DNA of 59,708 nt, filler included, from a candidate division WOR-3 bacterium (GCA_016934535.1; 4 parts of 4 records of this genome joined end to end with filler, not necessarily neighbours in it), one strand, 5' to 3'. Counted from the first letter of the whole stretch, positions 50,081-59,708 are shown. The notes: generated from the sequence alone by a model not told the origin. Numbers and translations: made by a program.

Positions 50081-50754
50081 TTGATTCTGCCGTCACTCTC
50101 AAGGACCGCTTCGGATTGCACCCACGCTTTTTCAGCGTCGAATCTTCCGCCGGTCGCAAACTCAAGCCTTTCGAGAAACGTTTTCATCTTTTCGTTGGAC
50201 TCACGAACCGCCTCCTTAAGTGTCTGTCCCCTTGCCCATCGCCTGAGAAAGTAAAAATAAAAAACGGGTGATTTGCTCTCTCCAGGGTGACCTATGTATG
50301 CCTCCGCTCCAAGATCAAGCCATACAGGAGCCTGGTAAATATCGTTGCAACCTGTGTTGTAGATCATTCTGAGATTTCCTGTCAAATTCGAATCTATGTC
50401 CCACATCCAGTAGACGAAATCATTGTCGTGGGCGAGTATAAAAATGTCGACTTCGTGGTATTTTTTCAGACTCTCAACCAGCGCCGACAGAAATTCCTGT
50501 TTCTTGTCACCGGGAAAGGACTGCGTCAAATATGTGACCGAACCGTAATACCTTTCCAGGTAGAGAATTGTAAAATTCTCCGTTCCCCATTTCTGGAACG
50601 GTGTCACGTCGTCCCGGATTGCCATTGCGGCACGGTGTTCTTTTCCTTCGGGAACTGAAAGTCCAAAAAATACTTTGTCCGTCACAGCGACAACGGACAG
50701 ATAAGAAATGATTGAAAGAACAACGCAGATAGTTATGGCCAAAGACTTTTTCAT
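50077..50754 (-). CDS. Hypothetical membrane-anchored protein, possibly caspase/gingipain-like fold
   Basis: N-terminal TM; VDIFILAH...LRMIYNTGC His/Cys spacing; LGAEAYIG. Confidence 0.55.
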   Translation of the reverse strand: MKKSLAITICVVLSIISYLSVVAVTDKVFFGLSVPEGKEHRAAMAIRDDVTPFQKWGTENFTILYLERYYGSVTYLTQSFPGDKKQEFLSALVESLKKYHEVDIFILAHDNDFVYWMWDIDSNLTGNLRMIYNTGCNDIYQAPVWLDLGAEAYIGHPGESKSPVFYFYFLRRWARGQTLKEAVRESNEKMKTFLERLEFATGGRFDAEKAWVQSEAVLESDGRIK

Positions 50755-50820
50755 CCTATTAAAGCCCGGCTGTTGTTTTGACGCGAGAGATTATTAAAGC
50801 GTCATAAATTAAATCACGAT

Positions 50821-51594
50821 TTATGAACAGTTCAACAATCCCCTTTCCTTTAAAAACAAAACAGAAGGTTCAATTTCATTCAAAAGAGTTTCTATTGTCC
50901 AAAAAGCTGTCGGTGAATATTTATCCAAAAGTTCCAAAACTTTTTCGACGTCTATTTTTCCTTTCCCGAGTCTCCAGTGATCGTCTAAAACTCCATCGTT
51001 GCTGTTCAAGTGAACGTATTTGATCCTTTCTCCCAGCCCTTTTATCCATTCTTCGTGCGATTTAGTGGAGTTCGCGCTGACGTGGCCTATGTCGAGACAT
51101 GCGGAAAGTATCTCTCTTTTATATATTTCGTTCGTTTTATCTATTAATTCGGCAATGGCGGAAAAATCATCCTCGAAGACATTTTCAAGATGAATCGCCA
51201 ATCCTTCAGTTTTATCTCCGAGAAAATCTGACCAAAAATCCAGTGAATTCTTAATCCAAATATCCCTGGGATAAGTTTTGGGTATGTATCCTGTGTGCAG
51301 GACCATGTGCTGAACTTCAAGGCGGGATGCGATATCGTAGGCTTCCTGAAAACGGCTTCTCGCCGCTTCACGGACTTTTTTATCCCTGCTCGATGGTATC
51401 ATTTCGCAAAAAGGTCCGTGAAATCCCCTCACAGTTACAGACTTGATTTTTTCAAAAATAACGTCTGCTTCCGAGCTTTTTTCATCTAAGTTCTCAGGCC
51501 ATGCGTATTCCTGAATTTCGATACCCGTGTCGTATTTTTTAACCAGGGGTAAAACTTCATCGATCTCTCCCCAGTCTGCAATTATAAGTTTCAT
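50821..51594 (-). CDS. Sugar-phosphate isomerase/epimerase (AP endonuclease 2 TIM barrel) family protein
   Basis: FHGPF, VLHTGY, LENVFE, CLDIGH, YVHL..NDG..DDH..LG.G, IE. Confidence 0.85.
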   Translation of the reverse strand: MKLIIADWGEIDEVLPLVKKYDTGIEIQEYAWPENLDEKSSEADVIFEKIKSVTVRGFHGPFCEMIPSSRDKKVREAARSRFQEAYDIASRLEVQHMVLHTGYIPKTYPRDIWIKNSLDFWSDFLGDKTEGLAIHLENVFEDDFSAIAELIDKTNEIYKREILSACLDIGHVSANSTKSHEEWIKGLGERIKYVHLNSNDGVLDDHWRLGKGKIDVEKVLELLDKYSPTAFWTIETLLNEIEPSVLFLKERGLLNCS

Positions 51595-51678
51595 ATAATG
51601 TCTTTCACCTTTATCTATTATAATTTCAGATTATTTCTCTCGTTCTGAATCCGGCGCCTCCGGTTTATGTCTGCATTC

Positions 51679-54561
51679 TCATTCAGTCAATGTTATCTTG
51701 ATAGAAACGTTTTCATCTCCCGCGGACAATCTGCAAAAATATGCTCCAGGTGCAATTATTCTGTCTTTTAAGTCTGTCTTATTCCATTCTGCTTCGTAAC
51801 ACCCTGAAGTAAAATCACGGTTTAGAAGTACTTTGACAAGTCTTCCCGAGGAGTCATATATCTTCATTGACACCCGGCAATCTCGAGGTATGTCGAAGGA
51901 AAACAGAACATTATTAGTAAAAATAAAAGCGGATGCGCTTAGAACGATATCTGAGGGAACCGGTGAAAAGACCGGATTTTCTTCAACAAAAACCACTTCT
52001 CCGAATAATGTCATTACCCTCTGCGCTGCTGCTCTTGCTTGCCCTGAGTTCATGAAATACAGAGGAAATCCGAAAATCACCGATTTACCTTGGCCTGCCA
52101 TCCTTAACACTGCGCAGACTCCTCCTTCAAAGGGACTCATGTTGTTTGATAAATCAATGTTATAAACATTTATTCCTCCGACATAACTATATGACTCGAC
52201 GTATCTCAGACAATTCCCCCAGGCTTGATAAGGTATTTTTGACTCGTCCACCAGCAAATCAGGAAAGCTGAAATTTCCAACGACACCCTGCAGAGAGTCC
52301 TCTGGTCCCGACAGATCGGCTGTGTCCACTCGCATGTAATCGCGGACGATATTGCCCATGGGAATGACGATGGGGTATTCCGTCAAACCGCTAAAGTCTG
52401 AGGCGGTCTTCCATCCTATCGCCCAGAGATTTCCGCCTCCTTGAAGATAACGAAATAATTGTTCAGAGGTTTCATCAGCGTAAAACGAATCCAGGTCTTC
52501 CGAGTGCCAGACCACCGTTGAATATGGAGCCAGGTCTGCGAACAAAGGACCTTCTCCGATCGCCGAATAGTCGAATTCCGTTATCCTGTATCCCTGAAGA
52601 ATTCCTCTGTAAAACTCATCGACGGTGCTGTCTGTGGGGAATCCTGATCCGCCGTAATGGGTTTCGTCAACTATCAGTATTCCCTGATCGAGAGTCAGGG
52701 GTCTTCCGTAAGCAATAGCACTAAGCGGACCTGCGTTTCCTTGCAGGTCGTATGCTTTGACTGCGTAGTAATACCTATTCTCCCCCTGAAGAAATGAATC
52801 CGTGAAACATGTGTCGGTTAGAATTGTTACGTTTATGCTGTCCAAAAGAGTGTCCTGGTTGACGCCTCTGAAAACTCTGTAGCCGGACAAATCAATTTCA
52901 AGATTCGGCCGCCATGATATTTGTATACAATCTTTTATTGGAAGAGCCGTTACATTTTGCGGTGCAAGCGGGGTGCTGTTCGAAACGAAATTTATCTCGT
53001 CGGCGCAGTAGCTCTCCCTTCCTGTGTTGTCCAGAGCCGTCACAGCGAGAAAGTACTCGATTCCGGGAGAAAGACCTAGTAAAGTGTCTGAAGTTATACC
53101 TGCTCCTGTAATTACAAAAGCGTCCTGATAGGATATGCTCGAATCTCCAATGTATATTTTGTAGCCATCCACGTCCATTTCCGGGGATTTGTCCCACTGT
53201 ACTACTACACTGCTGTCGGATCCGGTCACGAGGACTGCGACATTCTCAACTTTAGCAGGATAGACGCTCAGCACAGCCAGTACCGAGACGCCGCTTTTGA
53301 TTATCGTCGTATAAAGTGTCGAGTCAAGAGTGGACAAAAGATCCGTAGTGCTGTGATAATTAGGATTGAATTGCGTCTGATTGGCTTCCATCATTCCTAT
53401 TGATGAGTAACCTCGTGATGCGAACGAAATCCAGTCTGAGCCTCCCATTGGTGGAACTTCGAAATTGATTAGGGAAGGAACATACATTGAAGATACATCC
53501 GAATACAAGTTTGACAGCCATTCAGATGTTTTATCCATACTTTGTATATAATTGTCCAGATATTCGTCGTCTCTGAATCCAATCATGTCGTAGTTTAGAA
53601 CAGCAGCTATATCCGCCGATTCGCTGTAAGCGTTTCCCGCGTAGTGATAGCTCCCAAGACACCCGTCCTCCTCAGCCGCCCACGCTATGAATTTAAGAGT
53701 GTAATCGCTGTTTATTCCCGCAAAAATCCTCGCAGCTTCGAGAGCGGCGGCCGTACCTGAGGCGTTGTCGTCCGCACCCGGAGCGAAAGTTGCGGTATTT
53801 GATGTCGCATCGAAGTGCCCGCATATTATCATCTGCTTCTCAGGAGCCTGACTCCCGGGAAAAGTTGCCACAACATTCCTCTCAGCTGCTGCTTTCACTT
53901 CATAAAAAGAGTCGAATTCAGTTTGATAACCCCATCCTTCGAATCTTTCTTTGAGCCACTGAGAAGCGGCGTATGAACTGTCGGTAAAACTGAATCTGCA
54001 GTAAAAATCCTGCAGACGTTGTATGTATGAAGTAATCGAATCGGAATTAACTTCGTCAACCAGCGACTGAACGTACGGTTCCCACTCGATATTGTTCATG
54101 TAAACAGTATTTATTAAAAGCCTTTCCCAGAATCTGACAGGTATCTGTTCGCGGTTAAAAAGCCTGTTTGGAATTCTGAGAACCGAGAGATAGTCATCAC
54201 CCTTTGAAGTGATGTCAGTTATCGCGAGAACACTGTCCGTGTAAACAATCTTCACGCCCGACAGATCCGAAATCCATTGCGGAGACACGAGCGAGTATAT
54301 TTTATTTGACGGATTCTCATCCACAACAAAATAGACAAAACCCGAAGTTTTTATCTTTTCAACAGTGATCACGTCGGTGATTAAAAAAGCCCTGTCTCCG
54401 ACGAATTCATTTGCAGTCAACCCAAGTTCAATCCATTTCTGTAGGGTTTTCTGATCGGAAAGTTCTACAGAAATCAAAAAGTCGTCTGAAAAAGCCGTAC
54501 AAAAAAAACCGAACGTCAAAAATAACACATTCAAAACGATTTTCATGAATTCTCTTTTCAC
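51679..54561 (-). CDS. Secreted M28 peptidase with fibronectin III domains and FlgD-Ig/T9SS-like C-terminal domain
   Basis: CGHFD, PGADDNASG, AEEDG, NYDM, SDW..F, YHSTTD; FN3 YYYAVKAYD; IYDSSGRLV...GAYFCRL. Confidence 0.9.
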   Translation of the reverse strand: MKREFMKIVLNVLFLTFGFFCTAFSDDFLISVELSDQKTLQKWIELGLTANEFVGDRAFLITDVITVEKIKTSGFVYFVVDENPSNKIYSLVSPQWISDLSGVKIVYTDSVLAITDITSKGDDYLSVLRIPNRLFNREQIPVRFWERLLINTVYMNNIEWEPYVQSLVDEVNSDSITSYIQRLQDFYCRFSFTDSSYAASQWLKERFEGWGYQTEFDSFYEVKAAAERNVVATFPGSQAPEKQMIICGHFDATSNTATFAPGADDNASGTAAALEAARIFAGINSDYTLKFIAWAAEEDGCLGSYHYAGNAYSESADIAAVLNYDMIGFRDDEYLDNYIQSMDKTSEWLSNLYSDVSSMYVPSLINFEVPPMGGSDWISFASRGYSSIGMMEANQTQFNPNYHSTTDLLSTLDSTLYTTIIKSGVSVLAVLSVYPAKVENVAVLVTGSDSSVVVQWDKSPEMDVDGYKIYIGDSSISYQDAFVITGAGITSDTLLGLSPGIEYFLAVTALDNTGRESYCADEINFVSNSTPLAPQNVTALPIKDCIQISWRPNLEIDLSGYRVFRGVNQDTLLDSINVTILTDTCFTDSFLQGENRYYYAVKAYDLQGNAGPLSAIAYGRPLTLDQGILIVDETHYGGSGFPTDSTVDEFYRGILQGYRITEFDYSAIGEGPLFADLAPYSTVVWHSEDLDSFYADETSEQLFRYLQGGGNLWAIGWKTASDFSGLTEYPIVIPMGNIVRDYMRVDTADLSGPEDSLQGVVGNFSFPDLLVDESKIPYQAWGNCLRYVESYSYVGGINVYNIDLSNNMSPFEGGVCAVLRMAGQGKSVIFGFPLYFMNSGQARAAAQRVMTLFGEVVFVEENPVFSPVPSDIVLSASAFIFTNNVLFSFDIPRDCRVSMKIYDSSGRLVKVLLNRDFTSGCYEAEWNKTDLKDRIIAPGAYFCRLSAGDENVSIKITLTE

Positions 54562-54597
54562 TTATGATTGTATCTCATAAACCATTTTAATTTCATT

Positions 54598-55080
54598 TTA
54601 CACCATCTGCAATTCTTTAAGCAAATCCGCAAGGACTCTCAATCTTTCGCTTAAAATTTCGTCGTCTTTGTGCAGGCAGTCGTCGAAGAGTTTTATGTCA
54701 TCTTCTATTTGCTCGTTTTCAGTGCAGACGGAAAAATTCATCGCACCGCCCTGAAGACCGATTCTGTCCAGGAGAGGATATTTCGGAAAATCCTTTTCAT
54801 TTTTCATATACCTGTCCCTGAAAAACACTTTCGCTCTGCAGATGAGAATCGCAAGGTCTATCACTCTGTGAAAAGGTAGCTCTTCGGACTGACGCGACCA
54901 TTTTTTTCCCGTGTGTCTCCAAATTTTTGCCGATATATCGACTTTTCCCCTGTCGTTCCACTGGGCTAAACCCAATGAAAGTCCTTTTGCTTCACTCCTG
55001 TATGCAGATCTTCCGTCAATTTTGTCGTAATCCTCTGAAACTATCACCGGTTTGTGCTTTAAATCTGTCGGTATTTTCAT
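54598..55080 (-). CDS. DUF6530 family protein
   Basis: MKIPT.LKHKPVIV, KGLSLGLAQWN, ISAKIWR..G.KWSRQSEELP.HRV.DL. Confidence 0.8.
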   Translation of the reverse strand: MKIPTDLKHKPVIVSEDYDKIDGRSAYRSEAKGLSLGLAQWNDRGKVDISAKIWRHTGKKWSRQSEELPFHRVIDLAILICRAKVFFRDRYMKNEKDFPKYPLLDRIGLQGGAMNFSVCTENEQIEDDIKLFDDCLHKDDEILSERLRVLADLLKELQMV

Positions 55081-55095
55081 TCTATCTCCTCATTA

Positions 55096-55140
55096 TTACT
55101 AATTTAGTTATATACTAAATTAGTAAAATATTTTTGTCAA
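55096..55140 (-). promoter_or_regulatory. DUF6530 promoter with a 13-bp perfect inverted-repeat operator
   Basis: Minus-strand TTGACA-17 nt-TAGTAT; TTACTAATTTAGT-N5-ACTAAATTAGTAA (55096-55126) overlaps the -10. Confidence 0.7.
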
Positions 55141-55394
55141 TCGAATTAAATAACGCTCCAATCCGGACATTTCAAAATTGACAATATGCAATTACTGATT
55201 TTAAATATTCAAAACCTTTCAGAAGGAAAAATGTCTTACAAAAGTTCTGAGACACTTAATTTCACAAACAGAATTAGTCAAATAAATTCCTAATAAATTT
55301 TCGGCCCAGAACAGCTAACCGGTTCAAAACCAAGTATGTAACGCCTGGTGCACGGCAATTAAAATGATTTTTACAAGTTTGATGACGGATTCAT

Positions 55395-55589
55395 TGGAAA
55401 CCTACATCAGAAGAAAACGACGTATTCCAAGACAGGGACAGGGTTACAGGCGAACTAAAATGGACCGGCACCAGGGTCGATCTTGTTTTTGGATCGAATT
55501 CCCAGCCTCGCGCCATCTCAGAAGTCTATGCCTGTGAATATTCCCGGGAAAAGTTAGTGCGCGATTTTGTGTCAGCATGGACAATATAA
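55395..55589 (+). pseudogene. katG: Catalase-peroxidase C-terminal remnant
   Basis: Hand translation [64 protein letters not shown]; no start, in-frame stop upstream, premature stop downstream. Confidence 0.88.
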
Positions 55590-55592
55590 TCA

Positions 55593-55633
55593 TTGACGAC
55601 GAAGACCATATAAAGTATTATATTCAGACCATA
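55593..55633 (+). promoter_or_regulatory. phd-relE promoter with direct-repeat operator
   Basis: TTGACG-17 nt-TATTAT; AGACCATA at 55603 and 55626. Confidence 0.65.
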
Positions 55634-55650
55634 CTTGTCAAGAGGAGCTT

Positions 55651-55929
55651 ATGAAGATTAAAGAGGACATAAGATCAATATCGTATGTTAAAGCGCATGC
55701 CGCCGATATATTAAACCAGGTCAGTAAAACACGCCGCCCTGTTTATGTAACTCAAAATGGTGAAGCCAAAGCCGTTTTGCTGGATTCAGACAGTTTTGAA
55801 AACATGAAAAATACTTTAGGCTTATTAAAACTCATTTCACAGGGTGAAAGAGACATTCGTATTGGAAAAATAATAGATCAGGATGAAGTTTTTGCTATGA
55901 TTGAGAATAAATTTAAGAATAGTCAATAG
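55651..55929 (+). CDS. Phd/YefM family antitoxin
   Basis: ISYVKAHAADIL..V..TRRPV.VTQNGEAKAVL. Confidence 0.92.
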   Translation: MKIKEDIRSISYVKAHAADILNQVSKTRRPVYVTQNGEAKAVLLDSDSFENMKNTLGLLKLISQGERDIRIGKIIDQDEVFAMIENKFKNSQ

Positions 55930-55937
55930 TAATATAT

Positions 55938-56276
55938 ATGCCAAAATCAGTTTATTCTGTTTATTGGTCAGAAATTGCATATAAAGATTTGGACGGTATT
56001 ATTGATTACATTTCCAATGATAGTATTGATATTGCAATAAAGATTTTACATCGAATAAAAGAAAAAGCCGAAAGTTTAAAAAATTTCCCCGAACGCGGAC
56101 GAGTTGTCCCGGAATTAAAATTTCATCATATAGAAAATTATCGTGAAATTATTGTTTCTCCATGGAGAATTATTTACAGAATAGAAAATGACAGCGTTTA
56201 TATTATTGCTGTTTTTGACGGCAGAAGAAATTTTGAAGACATTTTGATGGAAAGATTATTATTATTTAAACCTTAA
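55938..56276 (+). CDS. RelE/ParE family toxin
   Basis: A..DL..I..YI, L..FPERGR.VPEL, YREII..PWRIIYR, V.I.AVFDGRR. Confidence 0.92.
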   Translation: MPKSVYSVYWSEIAYKDLDGIIDYISNDSIDIAIKILHRIKEKAESLKNFPERGRVVPELKFHHIENYREIIVSPWRIIYRIENDSVYIIAVFDGRRNFEDILMERLLLFKP

Positions 56277-56580
56277 TCCGATACGCTGGACATGAATTTG
56301 TTCTTTGTTTGACAGACATTGCTCTGAGTTTTACAATAATAAAAACCTTTTCTGAAGGGAAAATGTCTATGTCTGTCTTTGCGACATACAATTTCGCAGA
56401 AGAAATTAATTATGGAAATATTCAAAAAATAACCAGTATAAAAAAACAAAGAATATTATATTCGTATTTCGAAAAAAATATCACTGTCCTGAATACTATC
56501 TCTTCCGGTTATAGGTATGATTTCGAGAAATACCAAACAAATTATTGCTTTGATTTGTAAGTTCGAAAGAAAACAGGCTT

Positions 56581-57195
56581 ATGATAATTGATAAAAGTTT
56601 GAATCATTACGGGAAGATATATCATCTCTTTATTGATCCTTTATTAAATGAAGCGAGATCCAACATTGTTGGTTTAATACCTGAAAATTCATCTGTTTTT
56701 GATGCCGGTTGCGGGACCGGAAGATTGTCTTTGATGCTGAAAAAAAAGAAAAATTGCAGAGTCGTAGGAGCCGACTTGTCCTTGCAAATGATAAACTTTG
56801 CGAAAAAATTGAACGTTTACAGCGACGTTGAATTCTTGCATATGGATCTTGAAAACATTACTGTATTCGGTGAAAATCATTTTGACTATTCAATTATGTG
56901 TCAGGTGATCCATGAACTAAGGCCAGATAAGCAGATGAATGTTCTCAATGAAATAAAACGAATTAGCAGAAAAACAATTATTCTCGATTCAAACACTCCT
57001 TTACCTAAGAATTTAGTCGGTTTTGTAATACGCATGATCGACGCGACTATTGGAAGAGATCATTATTATAATTTCAAATCATATATTTCCACAGACGGGA
57101 TTATCGGAATTTTGGATAGAGCGGGACTTGCATCCCGAATCACCCAGAGAATAGTTTTTAAAAGCAATTGCCAGCAAATTGTCGTCTTGTCTTAA
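56581..57195 (+). CDS. Class I SAM methyltransferase
   Basis: VFDAGCGTG, VGADLS..MI, HFD, IHE. Confidence 0.85.
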   Translation: MIIDKSLNHYGKIYHLFIDPLLNEARSNIVGLIPENSSVFDAGCGTGRLSLMLKKKKNCRVVGADLSLQMINFAKKLNVYSDVEFLHMDLENITVFGENHFDYSIMCQVIHELRPDKQMNVLNEIKRISRKTIILDSNTPLPKNLVGFVIRMIDATIGRDHYYNFKSYISTDGIIGILDRAGLASRITQRIVFKSNCQQIVVLS

Positions 57196-57344
57196 CACAG
57201 AACGAACAACCGCAGACAAAGAAAGGACCGACGATTGATTCAGCCAATAACCTTTAAGGTATAATTAATGAACACTATTGCCATGGTCAACAAGCATATA
57301 AACAAAGCAATAGAGTAAAATTAATAATCAGGAGTTGAAATAAT

Positions 57345-58301
57345 ATGAAAAACAATATTTTTACGACGCTTTTATTCGTTGTTTTATTATCACAATTAAG
57401 CGGTTCTGATAGAATTGATTTGGAACATTCTCCTTCTGAAACGGAAATTTTCGCCGAAGGAATCGTGTCGACCAATTTGTATGAAAGAGATATCGCCATT
57501 TCACCCGGGGGCGATGAAATAATTTTTACTTTGTGTGACTATAAAAGGTCAAAAATGTGCTTGGTGAGGATAATGAAGACAGGCGATGTATGGAGTAATA
57601 GAGAGATATTGAGTTTTTCAGGTCAATACTCCGACATCGAACCTTGCTTTTCTATGGATGGCAACAAACTGTATTTTGTCTCGAACAGACCGATGGGTTC
57701 CGACTCAACAAGGACGGATTTTAATATTTGGTTTTCTGAAAGAAATGAATCAACTTGGACTGAACCGGAACCTCTACCGCCTGTTATCAACACTGAAAAT
57801 GACGAGTTCTATCCGTCTTTGGCCGGAAACGGCAACTTGTATTTCACCTCCACCAGGGAAAACGGAATCTGCAGTGAAGACATTTTTGTCAGCAGATGTG
57901 TTGACGGCATGTATTTAGAGCCTGAACCATTGGATACAAGTATCAATACACCGATCTATGAATTTAATGCCTGCATAGTCCCTGATGAAGATATAATAAT
58001 ATTCACTTCATTCGGCAGAGATGATGAAATCGGCGGAGGAGATCTTTATTACAGCATAAAAGATGAAACAGGAAATTGGAGACATGCTGTAAACATGGGG
58101 GATATTGTCAATTCCGAGTATCTGGATTATTGCCCTTTTATCTATATCCCCCGGGGAAACTTCTATTATACCAGCGAAAGATTTGTTCCAATAGATAAAA
58201 AATTGGAAAGTGTATCTGCACTATATGAATTAGCAAACTCAGTCCTCAACGGCATGGGTAATATTTATGTAATTCGCTTTGACACGATTGAACTTCAATA
58301 A
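57345..58301 (+). CDS. Secreted PD40/WD40-like beta-propeller protein
   Basis: Signal peptide; EIFAEGIVST; DGNKLYFVSNRP; GNLYFTS.R; GGGDLY. Confidence 0.82.
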   Translation: MKNNIFTTLLFVVLLSQLSGSDRIDLEHSPSETEIFAEGIVSTNLYERDIAISPGGDEIIFTLCDYKRSKMCLVRIMKTGDVWSNREILSFSGQYSDIEPCFSMDGNKLYFVSNRPMGSDSTRTDFNIWFSERNESTWTEPEPLPPVINTENDEFYPSLAGNGNLYFTSTRENGICSEDIFVSRCVDGMYLEPEPLDTSINTPIYEFNACIVPDEDIIIFTSFGRDDEIGGGDLYYSIKDETGNWRHAVNMGDIVNSEYLDYCPFIYIPRGNFYYTSERFVPIDKKLESVSALYELANSVLNGMGNIYVIRFDTIELQ

Positions 58302-58453
58302 TCCGCTACGAAAATAGCGCATATTAAGTACCTTTACTAAAAAATTTTATTCTCTTGATTAATCTTTAGGGCTGTTTTATATTTCATTCATTATGCGTTC
58401 AGCTTCCAGCAAAATAAAATCATCGATCCCGGTTCTCACCCGGTGATTCTACA

Positions 58454-59704
58454 ATGAACCTGGTTTTCCAGGATCTGCTTGCTCTCAAAACACTTCTGAG
58501 CAACCACCCCATGTTCGCCGCAGGTATTCTTTTAATTGCCGGATATCTTCTGGGAAGACTCGCCGCCAAAATATCACTGCCGGAAATCACCGGATATATA
58601 ATCGCGGGTCTTCTTGTCAGCGATGCTGTCACCGGCCTTTATCCCCGTAGTATGGGACACTCGTTCCGGTTTGCCACGGAAATTGCGCTCGGACTGATAG
58701 CTCTTACCATCGGAGGCGAGTTCTCCCTTGTAAAACTGCGCCGGTTGGGTCGAAATGTGGTTGTAATTACCGTTGTTCAGATATTGTCGACATTCATAAT
58801 CGTGACCGTTGCCCTTCTTCTTTTCAAGATGCAGTTGCCCTACGCCCTACTCCTCGGCGCCATTGCCACTGCTACTGCGCCGGCTGCGACTGTCGCCATT
58901 GTGCAAGCTCTGCGAGCTCACGGGTTGTTCGTTGATTACCTCTACGGTGTTGTCGCACTCGACGACGCCGGTTGCGTCATTTTGTTCGGCACAATTTTCG
59001 CTTTCGCTTCGACTCTCCTCGCTCCGTCAGGCGGCATGGGAAGTTTGGCAATGGTTTTCGAAGCAATCGGTGAAGTACTGTTCTCCGTGCTGATTGGACT
59101 ACTGAGTTCACTGATCATTCATTACGGAACACGAAGAAAGAAAAAAACCAACGAAATTATGATTATTTCAATAGGAGTCATTTTTCTTTCAACGGCGCTT
59201 TCAATTGTCCTTCATCTCTCACCCTTACTGACGAACATGGCGGCGGGATGTCTTCTGATCAATATGTCAGCGCGAAATCATAGAATCTTCAGAATTCTTG
59301 AACCACTTACCCCTCCCTTGTACGCTCTGTTTTTTGTCATCGCCGGAACTGAACTTCAACCGCATATTTTGCTCAAGTCAGGCACATTTCTTTTCGGTGC
59401 GATTTATATTTTAGCCCGCGCGGTCGGAAAGTACGGAGGAGTATATCTTGGATCATCTCTGATAAAAGCACCGTCGAGCATACGTAATTATCTCGGATTG
59501 TCCATGCTTCCCCAGGCCGGCGTTGCGATAGGCCTCGTACTTCTTATTCAGGCGTCACCTCTCATGAGCCACGTGGGAGAACACCAGCAACAGTTCATTT
59601 TAAGCATGATCAACATAGTTCTGCTGTCGGTGTTCGTGAATGAACTAATAGGTCCGCCGCTTTCGAAACTCGCGGTAATCAAGGGCAACGAAATGGAGGA
59701 ATAA
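58454..59704 (+). CDS. Cation:proton antiporter (CPA family)
   Basis: LPEITGYIIAG, ATAPAAT, VALDD, FFVIAG, RAVGK, PQAGVAIGL. Confidence 0.9.
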   Translation: MNLVFQDLLALKTLLSNHPMFAAGILLIAGYLLGRLAAKISLPEITGYIIAGLLVSDAVTGLYPRSMGHSFRFATEIALGLIALTIGGEFSLVKLRRLGRNVVVITVVQILSTFIIVTVALLLFKMQLPYALLLGAIATATAPAATVAIVQALRAHGLFVDYLYGVVALDDAGCVILFGTIFAFASTLLAPSGGMGSLAMVFEAIGEVLFSVLIGLLSSLIIHYGTRRKKKTNEIMIISIGVIFLSTALSIVLHLSPLLTNMAAGCLLINMSARNHRIFRILEPLTPPLYALFFVIAGTELQPHILLKSGTFLFGAIYILARAVGKYGGVYLGSSLIKAPSSIRNYLGLSMLPQAGVAIGLVLLIQASPLMSHVGEHQQQFILSMINIVLLSVFVNELIGPPLSKLAVIKGNEMEE

Positions 59705-59708
59705 TGGA

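Noticed and set aside
56309-56560. 83-aa ORF starting at TTG
   Set aside because: The TTG is part of a TTGACA box; treated as a degraded gene start (ATG 56363) in the duplication finding
1-59708. rRNA, tRNA, intact transposase, phage or cas genes
   Set aside because: None recognised in the sequence or the ORF track

Overview
This is AT-rich bacterial DNA made of four separate contigs (1-13430, 13531-19985, 20086-47308, 47409-59708). They are joined by artificial 100-nt linkers (44 N + TTAATTAATTAA + 44 N), so gene order across the linkers carries no information. Several large secreted proteins end in a FlgD-Ig/T9SS-type sorting domain. Together with rubrerythrin-like, CGGC and WtpA genes, this suggests an anaerobic diderm of the FCB region, such as a WOR-3-like lineage (inference only). 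The content is mostly accessory: SAM methyltransferases, GNATs, APH-like kinases, peptidases, HEAT/TPR proteins, a divergent MetRS, MsrB-MsrA, a CASTOR/POLLUX-like channel, three type II toxin-antitoxin (TA) loci and many gene fragments. Highlights not in the ORF track: (1) a Moco/Wco riboswitch ahead of a wtpB-wtpC-wtpA tungstate/molybdate transporter; (2) a structured leader with a perfect Shine-Dalgarno (SD), a 24-aa leader peptide and alternative anti-SD hairpins ahead of a tandem GNAT, a candidate new attenuator; (3) a decayed tyrosine-recombinase gene followed in the same direction by three cassette-like units with GTTAGC/GTTATA-type junctions (HEAT protein, GNAT, TA module), a candidate non-canonical integron-like array; (4) a ~195-bp CACGAA/hairpin repeat element with a related copy on another contig; (5) a katG remnant and a duplicated promoter/gene start flanking a phd-relE module.
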